Of a stretch of DNA of 64,000 bases, positions 29,177-37,743 are shown in pieces. Location of the stretch: NCBI GenBank assembly GCA_943788985.1, contig CALSSJ010000032.1, forward strand, positions 1-64,000, written 5' to 3'. The stretch's first letter is position 1. The number at the start of each line of letters is the position of its first letter. A program made the position numbers and the translations under genes. The DNA comes from an uncultured Lentisphaerales bacterium (GTDB taxonomy: Bacteria > Verrucomicrobiota > Lentisphaeria > JABSQK01 > UBA12247). A model generated the notes under the pieces. That model made no database searches. It was not told where the DNA came from and saw nothing but the letters and a program-made list of their open reading frames with translations.

Positions 29177-29960
29177 GACGAAGCTTGCGGAGAGCCTCTT
29201 TCTGGTCAAAAAAACTGGGAGCGCAGGCGTCCCGTCTGGTCCATCCCCAAAAGCGAGTTCGGCAAGAAGAGCCAACCACTGATACACACGGATGGATACT
29301 GATTTCCACGGTGGATCTGGAGCCTCCTCCGTCCCAAAATGCCGCGTGCCAGCGTCAATTAGGATGGGCTGGCATGGCGTGTCAGACCACAGATGTACGG
29401 CTGAATTGTACCTGCGATGCCCGGCACCAAGGCGATGCTTGTTTTGCCTTGCTATGGAGATACGGAGGCTGGGCAGGGCGCAGAGCAGGAGAAAAAATCA
29501 TCACACGGCGGCTCTTCCTTGTGCCTCTTCGCTTCTTCGTAGTTGATGTCTCCCATCTCCCTGCCTTGCGTTGTGCCTGGGGGGACGCGGGACAGAGACC
29601 CAACGCTACTTTTGGGGGGATGTCACACCGCTACTGGGGAACGAAAGTAGCTTGGCTCTCTGAGCCGAGTCCCGCTGTGCGATGCGCTGGGCGGTTTCGC
29701 GGCAGGCTCAGCTAAAGCCGGCAGGCTCCACTGCCACCGAGCGTCGCGCCCGTACTCACCGTCACATTGCTGCATCAGCGGCTTGCGACCGCGTCGGCCG
29801 CCACTCGATTCCTGGCAAGGCGCGGCGTTTCGCAATTGGCGAAGCGTAATACAGCGCGGTGCCGTCTGAGAGAAGGGGGACAGCTGTCGAAAGGCTGAAA
29901 GGCTCGGCCCCTCATGGACTGTGTTGACACCGTGACGATGACTGCTGGTCGGGCTTCATC

Positions 29961-30118
29961 ACATGTCAGGGCGTCGCCGGGAGTCATGGCGTCACCCAGT
30001 CACCAAGTCCTATTCCATCACGCCCTCCGCGTGATTGCTAGCGGGTGCAGCAGAACTCGGTGACTGGGCTGACGATGTCGGAGGGCCTTCGCGCATCCCC
30101 GGCCACACGTTCACACGT
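29961..30118 (-). ncRNA. Candidate structured non-coding RNA (unassigned, rod-shaped)
   Basis: 17-bp stem 29995-30011/30052-30068 plus outer stems to 29961/30118 and an inner hairpin at 30017-30035. Several A-C mismatches on + become G-U pairs on -. Confidence 0.35.
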
Positions 30119-30239
30119 TTATTACGGACACTGAATTTACTGTTGCGATGAGATCGCAGAAATTCGGTCCGAGAGGGCCGCCCCGCTTTCAACAAGCGAC
30201 TCTGCTGCTCAGTCTACGAGAAAGGTCGCGAGCAGAAGA

Positions 30240-30728
30240 CTATGCTGGAGGAGTATCTTCATGGTCGGCACTGGCTGGCTCGTCGACAGCCGGAGGTTCC
30301 GGATCCGTGCATATTTCGGCTTTGAGCGCACTGGGGTCGTCAGCCGAGGCGTCGTCTGCTTCGTGGTCTTCACCAAGATCGCTGTAGTCTTCGTCTCGGT
30401 AGTATTCCTCGTGCCCGTCGTCTTCGTCGCAGTAGTCGTCGGCGCTTTCGCAGTAATCGTGTTTTTCGTCGTGGAAGGGGGTAGGGGAGACAAAGGCGTC
30501 TTTGAAGGGCGAGGTGGCGCCTTTGATGGCATCTTTCGCCTGGCGATCGAGTTCCTGGATCTCGCGAAGCGTGCTTCGCGTAGACGCACGGGCTTCGTAG
30601 ACGTACTGTTGGACTTTGCCGTAGAACTTGCCGATCGTTCGCACAAACCGTGGCAGGTCTTCCGGGCGAACAAACAGGATCACCGCGACCAGCAAGACAA
30701 GCGCTTCATGTAGTGACAGACCAAGCAT
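30240..30728 (-). CDS. tatB: TatA/TatB-family twin-arginine translocase subunit with a long acidic tail
   Basis: MLGLSLHEALVLLVAVILFVRPEDLPRFVRTIGK: TM, hinge and amphipathic helix pattern of TatB. Confidence 0.7.
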   Translation of the reverse strand: MLGLSLHEALVLLVAVILFVRPEDLPRFVRTIGKFYGKVQQYVYEARASTRSTLREIQELDRQAKDAIKGATSPFKDAFVSPTPFHDEKHDYCESADDYCDEDDGHEEYYRDEDYSDLGEDHEADDASADDPSALKAEICTDPEPPAVDEPASADHEDTPPA

Positions 30729-32233
30729 CTAGACCCTCTTCAGATTTGCGACCGGCTGCGCAGACGATCCGTGTCGTCGTGATTCTCGCCGCTGCGCTCT
30801 TGATTTCTCATGCTTACTTCTACAACGGTGCGCAGTGGAATCATAACGCCCGGCTAGACATGATTTTTGCGACGGTTGAAGGCGGGGCACCGCTATTCTC
30901 GATCGACAGCTTTATTTCGGACCATCGGGCGGGCAAGAACACGGGCGATTGGTCCTTTTTTCAAGGGCATTTTTACTCGAATAAGGCGCCTGGCTCGTCT
31001 CTGCTGGGGATCCCCGCGTACTTTTGTTTCTACCATGCGGAACGCCTAGTGGGCGTGGATCCGGCCGCGCCTGGACCGGCATTGTGGAATGCGTACTTGG
31101 TGCACGTGCTGGTGACGGTCGTGCCGCTGGTGCTGTCGTTGCCCTTTGCGCTGTTCCTGTTTCTGCGCCTCTCCGGAGGGCGACTGCGCTGGGCGGTGTT
31201 CTGCACGGTCTCGTTGTACTGGGGGACATTTCTGTTTCCGTACGCGACACAGTTGTGGGGACATTGTACGGCGGCGGCGTTTGTGATCGTGGCGCTGTCG
31301 CTGTTTCAGCGTTGCGGAGTGCGCACACCGTTGGCTGTGGGAGCGTGCTCCGGAGCAGCGGTTCTCTGCGAGTATTCGTGCGCAATTGCGGTGTGCGCAA
31401 TCGGCGTCGGCTATCTGGTGCGGCGTGATCTGCGCTCTTTCGGGACCTTCTGCCTGGGGGGGCTTCCGGCGCTGGGCTTGTTCGCTTGGTATCACACGGT
31501 CTGTTTTGGGGCGCCGTGGCGGATCGCCAACTTCTATATCAATCCTATTTTTCAGGACGATGCGGGGCTGTTTAGTGAATTTTACGCAGAAGCAATCTAT
31601 GGCCTGAGTTTCAGCGGTTTTCACGGGGCATTCAGATTTATGCCGGTTTTGTTGCTCGGCCTGTTGCTGCTGCCACTGACGGGGCGGAATCGGGATCGGG
31701 TGTTTTGCGTGGTCTGCGTGCTGATGGCCGGGGGATTTTTGGCGATGAACCTGACGTTCAACGGTTGGCATGGTGGCTACTGCATTGGCCCGCGGTACCA
31801 GATCCCGGTGTTGATCGCGTATGTCGTGCCGCTGTGCTGGTTGCCAGGGTACCGTTGGGCGCGAGCCGGGGCCGTGCTGCTCAGTGCCGCGGGGATTGTA
31901 TGCATGAGCCTGATCGCGATGATTTCCGCATCCTATCCGGAGAACGCGCGGCTGTCTCCGCTACGGGCGTACACTGGCTGGTTCTGGGACATGGTGACAG
32001 GGAGGGGCAGTCGGCTGCATCCGTTTCCGGGGCAGATCCGGGACCAAGCCAGCAGCGAAGTCTACCAGCTTCAACACTTCAACTGGGGCGAGCTAGTCGG
32101 CTTGCAGGGCGCGGCTTCGGCGCTGCCCTGGGTGGTGGCGATGGGCGCAGCTGCGCTGCTGGTCTACCGCCTTACTGCGGCGGTACCTCCGACGAATGAT
32201 GATGGAGGATCGGAGCCGGAGCCGACGGCTTGA
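30713..32233 (+). CDS. Polytopic membrane protein, probable GT-C-fold glycosyltransferase (start uncertain)
   Basis: About 12 hydrophobic segments; FYSNKAPG, CEY, WHGGYCIGPRY motifs. Confidence 0.6.
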   Translation: MTDQASRPSSDLRPAAQTIRVVVILAAALLISHAYFYNGAQWNHNARLDMIFATVEGGAPLFSIDSFISDHRAGKNTGDWSFFQGHFYSNKAPGSSLLGIPAYFCFYHAERLVGVDPAAPGPALWNAYLVHVLVTVVPLVLSLPFALFLFLRLSGGRLRWAVFCTVSLYWGTFLFPYATQLWGHCTAAAFVIVALSLFQRCGVRTPLAVGACSGAAVLCEYSCAIAVCAIGVGYLVRRDLRSFGTFCLGGLPALGLFAWYHTVCFGAPWRIANFYINPIFQDDAGLFSEFYAEAIYGLSFSGFHGAFRFMPVLLLGLLLLPLTGRNRDRVFCVVCVLMAGGFLAMNLTFNGWHGGYCIGPRYQIPVLIAYVVPLCWLPGYRWARAGAVLLSAAGIVCMSLIAMISASYPENARLSPLRAYTGWFWDMVTGRGSRLHPFPGQIRDQASSEVYQLQHFNWGELVGLQGAASALPWVVAMGAAALLVYRLTAAVPPTNDDGGSEPEPTA

Positions 32234-32555
32234 CGACGTAGGTAAAGCGGGCGACGAACCGAAAGTCAGCACCGTCTCGGACAAATGTCCAGGTGTAGAG
32301 TCCACTGAGTACGGCGGTGTCGTCGCCTGAGGACTGGATCGCCAGGCTGTCCGTGTCTACTGCCACGAGCAGGTCTTCGCAGGGGCTGAGCCCGGCGAAG
32401 TAATCTCGACGCGCCGGCGCATCTCTGCGGACGCGATTGGAAAACGTGGGCAGCAGGACGGCGTCGCTGGCGTACATGGCCGCGATGCGATCGACATCGA
32501 CGGCGTTGACCGCGTCCAGCCAGTTAAGCAGGACGGCGTGAAAAGGATCGTTCAT
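32172..32555 (-). CDS. SnoaL/NTF2-like (CaMKII-association-type) protein
   Basis: YASDAVLLPTFS, SGLYTW, ARFTYV, ILHHHSS; SD ggagg. Confidence 0.85.
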   Translation of the reverse strand: MNDPFHAVLLNWLDAVNAVDVDRIAAMYASDAVLLPTFSNRVRRDAPARRDYFAGLSPCEDLLVAVDTDSLAIQSSGDDTAVLSGLYTWTFVRDGADFRFVARFTYVVKPSAPAPILHHHSSEVPPQ

Positions 32556-32627
32556 GGTGGTTCCTCCTAAAAATTGCGAACTCCGCAACGCCAGACGGGC
32601 TGACGTGGCGGGGGCGCAAGTTGTTTC

Positions 32628-33896
32628 TTACATTCCGCTTTGCAGCGCTTCGAGATGACGCGAGAAGTGATCGGCCAACAGCTCGGTGTAGGTGTCCTGA
32701 TGGTCATCGAGGACCTTACGCAGCGCGCCGCCCAACTCGGGATCGGTCAGCGTAGAGCCGAAGGTACAGTGCAGGATCTGGCGGCCTGGCTCGGTGAAGC
32801 CCTTGCCCATGGGCACTTCTGCCCAGATGCCGAGATATTGCTTCTCCAAAGTCTCGAGCGACTGTCCCTCAGTGGTGGGGGCACAGTCAAGAGTGGCCGA
32901 GACGTGGTAGGTAGCACGGTCGGTCTCGTAGTGCTCGCGGCCGAAGTCGATGATGCGGCGGAACAGCGCTTCGTCGTGTTTGGCGGCGACGCGCACGGCT
33001 TCGAGATAGCTGGTGCCAGCGGTCTTGACGTGGAAGCGGCCGTGCGTGTTCCGAGCGAGAATCTCGTACATGGACAGCTTGTCCGAACCGGAGTGCAGGC
33101 TGAGCTTGTAGGGGCCGAGCAGTTCGGCGATGGCATTGTGATCGCGCATGGACGCGTTCAGGGCATCCAGGTCGCCCTTGTAGTCCACGCCCTTCTCGAG
33201 TTCACCAATGAAGCGGGGAGCGAGGCTGACCATCTTGAGCCCATGCTGGCGAATCTGATCGGCGATGATGTAGTGCTCTGCCAGGGTGGTGGGCTGGTCG
33301 GTTTCGTCCACGCTGAGCTCGATCTCATATTCGCGATCCAGCTTTGTGGCCTGCTCTTTGACGTAGTCGCCCAAGGCGAGGGCGTGGTTGAGAGCGCGGC
33401 CATATTTAACGGCTGCGCGCATGCAGGCTTCTTCAGTCAAGTCGACGCGGGTGGTGGTTTTGAGCAGAGTGGCTTTGCCGCTGTAGCGGTCGAACCATTC
33501 GATCTCGTCGCGAACTTCTGCAAAGGCCGCACGAAGGGCCTCCTCGTCGTAGTTGTCCGCGTTGTCATCGACAAAGTCTGAGGGATCGATGGTGAAGAAG
33601 GTGAAGCCAGCGTTGAGCGTGACGTCGACGTCTTCACGGGTCTTGAGGTGATCTGCATCGGCGCCACAGGGGCCGTCCCAGCCAGCTGTATGCATCCCTT
33701 CGATCGCTTCGGCCATGACTTGTGGGGCGGTGCGCTGGGTGCGAGTCATCTCACGGATGGACTGCTGTGGGAAGATGGGGTCGATGCCGGCGCCGGAGCG
33801 AAGCATCGCCTCGACGTGGCCAGGCGTGGCGACTCCGATGCGGTCGCCAAAGCCAAAGCTCGACGTGAGCCCGAGTGTTACGCATTCATGATTCAT
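32628..33896 (-). CDS. uxaE: Tagaturonate/fructuronate epimerase
   Basis: GFGDRIG, QQSIRE, GADADHLKT, ELSVDET, LSLHSGSDK, HVKTAGTSYLEA. Confidence 0.9.
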   Translation of the reverse strand: MNHECVTLGLTSSFGFGDRIGVATPGHVEAMLRSGAGIDPIFPQQSIREMTRTQRTAPQVMAEAIEGMHTAGWDGPCGADADHLKTREDVDVTLNAGFTFFTIDPSDFVDDNADNYDEEALRAAFAEVRDEIEWFDRYSGKATLLKTTTRVDLTEEACMRAAVKYGRALNHALALGDYVKEQATKLDREYEIELSVDETDQPTTLAEHYIIADQIRQHGLKMVSLAPRFIGELEKGVDYKGDLDALNASMRDHNAIAELLGPYKLSLHSGSDKLSMYEILARNTHGRFHVKTAGTSYLEAVRVAAKHDEALFRRIIDFGREHYETDRATYHVSATLDCAPTTEGQSLETLEKQYLGIWAEVPMGKGFTEPGRQILHCTFGSTLTDPELGGALRKVLDDHQDTYTELLADHFSRHLEALQSGM

Positions 33897-33930
33897 GGAA
33901 TTCTCCAATGTTTGTGCCGTTTGGCACGAG

Positions 33931-34803
33931 TTAGCCTGCGAAGGCGGGCGCCGGAAGGCCGACTACTCCGGGTTTCACCACAAATAGGCTGCCAGCGTGA
34001 GGCTGACTGGTGTCGCCTTCACAGCCTTGGCGTGCTGTGGTGATGTAGAGGGTGTCGAGTTCTGGACCGCCAAAGGCGCAGGAAGTTACTTGGCGCGCCG
34101 GCACGTGAATACGGCCGATCTGGTCACCAGTTTGAGGATTGTAGCGGTTGATTGCCCAACCGCCCCAAAATGCGACCCAGAGCATCCCTTCGGCATCAAT
34201 GGTCATGCCGTCCGGGAAGCCTTCTGTGTCACGTAAATCGATGGCTGTGCTACGATTGCTGATGGACCCAGTTGGATCATCGTAGTCATAGCGGGAGACG
34301 ACGCGTGTGGGCGTGTCGATATAGTACATGGTGCTGCGGTCTGCGGTCCAAGTGAGACCGTTTGAGACGGTGATGTCGGTTTCGACTTTGGTCACCGATT
34401 GATCGGTATCGAGGCGATACAGCGCGCCTAAGGGCTCCTTCTGTGGGAGCGAAAGGGTGCCAGCCCAGAAACGGCCTGATGGATCGCATTTGCCATCGTT
34501 AAAGCGATTCCCGGGTAGGTCTGCCTCGGGATCGGCGATGGGGATAACGGTCTCGTCGTCGAGGTCGAGTGTGGCGAATCCGCTGTGTTGGGCGAGGATG
34601 AGCACGCTACTGGCACGCGGCGCCACGGCGCCGGGCATTTCGGAGAGCTGAATGACGCGGTCTTCGCCCGTGCTTGGCGTATGGACATGAACGCGGCAAC
34701 CGAGAATATCCACCCAATACAGACGCTGGACGACGGGATCCCAAATGGGGCCCTCGCCAAGTTCAGCGCGAGCATCAAGCAGAAGCTCAGCGGTTTCAGG
34801 CAT
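33931..34803 (-). CDS. SMP-30/gluconolactonase/LRE-family sugar lactonase
   Basis: LGEGPIW, RFNDGKCDPSGRFWAGT, SNGL, PDGMTID, TSCAFGG. Confidence 0.95.
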   Translation of the reverse strand: MPETAELLLDARAELGEGPIWDPVVQRLYWVDILGCRVHVHTPSTGEDRVIQLSEMPGAVAPRASSVLILAQHSGFATLDLDDETVIPIADPEADLPGNRFNDGKCDPSGRFWAGTLSLPQKEPLGALYRLDTDQSVTKVETDITVSNGLTWTADRSTMYYIDTPTRVVSRYDYDDPTGSISNRSTAIDLRDTEGFPDGMTIDAEGMLWVAFWGGWAINRYNPQTGDQIGRIHVPARQVTSCAFGGPELDTLYITTARQGCEGDTSQPHAGSLFVVKPGVVGLPAPAFAG

Positions 34804-34841
34804 TTATGATGTGGGTGCCACCATAAGTGGCAGTCAGCACC

Positions 34842-34875
34842 AGCTGAAGCCGGGCGCAGGCGCCCGACTCCAGCT
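34842..34875 (-). terminator. Stem-loop downstream of ppdK (terminator or mRNA-stabilising hairpin)
   Basis: 15-bp stem, fully paired on the - strand with two G-U pairs; no U-tract. Confidence 0.45.
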
Positions 34876-34891
34876 AGGAGCCAATCTCCGC

Positions 34892-37600
34892 TTATTCCGC
34901 GGCGATCGCTGACTGTGCTGCGGCCAGACGTGCAACTGGTACGCGATATGGCGAGCAGCTGACGTAGTTCAGGCCGCTGTGGAAACAGAAGTCCACAGAA
35001 GCTGGGTCACCGCCCTGTTCACCACAGATACCGATCTTGAGGTCGCTGTTGGTCTTACGACCCCGCTCCACACAGGTCTTGATCAACTGGCCAACGCCCT
35101 CTTGATCAATGGTCTGGAACGGATCTGCTGCGAGGATACCTTGGTCGAGGTAGTCTTGCAGGAAGCCGCCGATGTCATCACGGCTGAAGCCGAAGGTCAT
35201 CTGCGTCAGGTCGTTGGTGCCGAAGGAGAAGAACTCAGCAACTTCTGCCATGCGGTCTGCAAGCAAGGCCGCGCGTGGGATCTCGATCATGGTGCCGTAG
35301 GGGCAAGTGATGCCTTCGCGGATATTTGCGCGCACGTCTGCAATGACGCGGTCGTAGATATCTTTGGTAGCGGTCAGCTCGGTGACGTCACAAGTCACAG
35401 GGACCATGATCTCAGGCTTAGCATCGGTGCCTTCGTTCTGCAGCTCTGCAGCAGCTTCGAGGATGGCACGAATCTGCATCTCGGAGATGGCTGGGTAGGT
35501 GATGCCCAGACGCACGCCGCGATGGCCCATCATTGGGTTCACTTCATGCAGATCTGCGCCACGCTTGGCGACGTCTTCTGCGCTGATCCCGAGTGCTTCG
35601 CCCAGGCGTGCCTGGCCGTCAGCAGTGTGGGGGATGAACTCATGCAGTGGCGGATCGAGCAGGCGAAAGGTCACGGGGTATGGTGCCATGGCTGCCATCG
35701 TGGACTTGACGTCACGCTTGACGAAGACTGCCAGGGCGTCGATTCCCTTTTGGCGCGATGCGTCGTCAGCAGCCATGATGATCTGGCGGAGGCTGAACAA
35801 CGCGTCGTCTGCACCCTCACCGTAGAACATGTGCTCGGTACGAAATAGGCCGATGCCTTCAGCACCAAAGTCACGCGCGATCTGCGCATCTTCTGGCGTG
35901 TCGGCATTGGTGCGAACGCCCATGGTCCGGAACTTGTCGACCATGGTCATGAAGCCCTGCAGGCGGGGGTTTTCGGTGGCGTCGATCATGTCGAGTTCGC
36001 CTACGTAAACCTGGCCCTTAGTGCCGTTGAGTGTGATGGTATCGCCTTCCTTCAAGGTGATGCCGCCAACGGTCATGGTGCGCGCCTTCATGTCGATGTC
36101 TAGCTCGCCAGCGCCTACGATACAGCACTTGCCCCAGCCGCGGGCCACGAGTGCTGCATGGCTGGTCATGCCGCCACGAGCAGTCAGAATACCTTCTGCA
36201 GCGCGCATGCCTTCGACGTCTTCCGGGTTGGTCTCATCGCGAACGAGGATGACGCTGTTCCCGGCTGCAGCAGCTGCTACAGCGCCTTCGGAGGTCATGG
36301 AAATCTGGCCACGAGCGCCACCGGGACCTGCGGGCAGGCCCTTGGCTAGTATCGTGGTGGCAGCTTCTGCAGCTGGGTCTACCAGCGGGTGCAACAACTC
36401 GTCGAGCTGATCAGGATGGACGCGGGTTACCGCAGTCTTTTCGTCGATCATGCCTTCATCGAGCATGTCCATGGCCATGTTCAGCGCAGCGGTACCGGTG
36501 CGTTTACCCGAGCGGGTCTGCAGCATGTAGAGCTTGTTCTGCTCGACCGTGAATTCCACGTCCTGCATGTCGCCATAATGGGCTTCGAGCTTGCAACGCA
36601 CGTCGTAGAGCTGCTCGTAGACCGCAGGGTTGCGCTCCTGGAGGGAGGGCATGTGCTTGTTTTGGTCGTTTTTGGTGTCGTCATTGAGCGGGTTCGGAGT
36701 ACGAATCCCGGCCACAACGTCTTCGCCTTGAGCATTGACCAGCCATTCGCCGTAGAATACGTTCTCGCCGGTAGCCGGGTTACGGGTGAAGGCAACGCCG
36801 GTGGCGGATTCGTCGTTGAGGTTGCCGAACACCATGCTTTGCACGTTGTTGGCTGTGCCCCAATGGTCGGGAATGCCTTCGATGCGGCGATAGGCGATGG
36901 CACGGCGACCGTTCCAGCTCTTGAACACGGCGCTGATGCCGCCCCAGAGCTGCGCATGGGGATCGTCTGGGAATTCGACTCCAAGAACTTCGACGACCTT
37001 GGCCTTATACTGCTCGCATAGCTCCTTGAGATCGGCGGCGGACAGCTCAGTGTCGGACTCAACACCTCTTGCGTCTTTGAGCGAGTCGAGCAGCACTTCC
37101 AGTTGGTGACGGATGCCACGGCCTTCCTCGGGCTCAATGCCCTCGGACTTCTCCATGACGACGTCAGAGTACATGGTGATGAGACGGCGGTAGGCGTCGT
37201 AGACGAAGCGCTCGTTGGACTGCTTAATCAGGCCGGGAATCGTGCTACTTGCGAGGCCGACATTGAGGACTGTCTCCATCATGCCGGGCATGGACTGGCG
37301 GGCACCGGAGCGGCAGGAAACCAGCAGCGGGTTATCGGCGTCGCCGTATACCTTGCCCATGGCAACTTCGGTCTTTGTGATTGCTTCGAGTACCTGCGCA
37401 CGAAGTTCTTCAGACAGCTCGCCGCCTTCTTCGAAGAACGTGTTGCAGTAATCGGTGGTGATAGTGAAACCTGCTGGGACCGGCAAACCGATCTTAGCCA
37501 TTTCAGCGAGATTAACGCCTTTGCCACCGAGAAGATTCTTCTGGGTGACGTTACCTTCGGCTTCGCTGCCGCCGAAAAAATAGACATATTTGTCGGGCAT
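34892..37600 (-). CDS. ppdK: Pyruvate, phosphate dikinase
   Basis: LLGGKG, GGMTSHAA (phospho-His), GLFRTEHMF, FSFGTNDLTQ, ICGEQGGDP. Confidence 0.97.
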   Translation of the reverse strand: MPDKYVYFFGGSEAEGNVTQKNLLGGKGVNLAEMAKIGLPVPAGFTITTDYCNTFFEEGGELSEELRAQVLEAITKTEVAMGKVYGDADNPLLVSCRSGARQSMPGMMETVLNVGLASSTIPGLIKQSNERFVYDAYRRLITMYSDVVMEKSEGIEPEEGRGIRHQLEVLLDSLKDARGVESDTELSAADLKELCEQYKAKVVEVLGVEFPDDPHAQLWGGISAVFKSWNGRRAIAYRRIEGIPDHWGTANNVQSMVFGNLNDESATGVAFTRNPATGENVFYGEWLVNAQGEDVVAGIRTPNPLNDDTKNDQNKHMPSLQERNPAVYEQLYDVRCKLEAHYGDMQDVEFTVEQNKLYMLQTRSGKRTGTAALNMAMDMLDEGMIDEKTAVTRVHPDQLDELLHPLVDPAAEAATTILAKGLPAGPGGARGQISMTSEGAVAAAAAGNSVILVRDETNPEDVEGMRAAEGILTARGGMTSHAALVARGWGKCCIVGAGELDIDMKARTMTVGGITLKEGDTITLNGTKGQVYVGELDMIDATENPRLQGFMTMVDKFRTMGVRTNADTPEDAQIARDFGAEGIGLFRTEHMFYGEGADDALFSLRQIIMAADDASRQKGIDALAVFVKRDVKSTMAAMAPYPVTFRLLDPPLHEFIPHTADGQARLGEALGISAEDVAKRGADLHEVNPMMGHRGVRLGITYPAISEMQIRAILEAAAELQNEGTDAKPEIMVPVTCDVTELTATKDIYDRVIADVRANIREGITCPYGTMIEIPRAALLADRMAEVAEFFSFGTNDLTQMTFGFSRDDIGGFLQDYLDQGILAADPFQTIDQEGVGQLIKTCVERGRKTNSDLKIGICGEQGGDPASVDFCFHSGLNYVSCSPYRVPVARLAAAQSAIAAE

Positions 37601-37743
37601 CATGAACTCCATGTTCTGGGCCAATTTGTATTCCCAAGCGACAGCTCACAAAGCCTACTCGGGTAAGTTGAAGCGGGTAGTATACCGAAAGGCGTGTCAT
37701 GGGCAACTGTGGGGCACCGCTTTGGCGGGCGAACTAGGCCAGG

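Noticed and set aside
29660..29712. gagccgagt... segment resembling group II intron domain V
   Set aside because: The canonical domain V pairing and spacing are not met, and no reverse transcriptase is in the window.
29185..29715. 176-aa plus-strand ORF after the hyi-like gene
   Set aside because: No recognisable motif, atypical composition, and it runs through repeat-like sequence.
32640..37666. Long plus-strand ORFs opposite uxaE and ppdK (e.g. 32640..33581, 34979..35848)
   Set aside because: Antisense shadows produced by strong codon bias in GC-rich genes.
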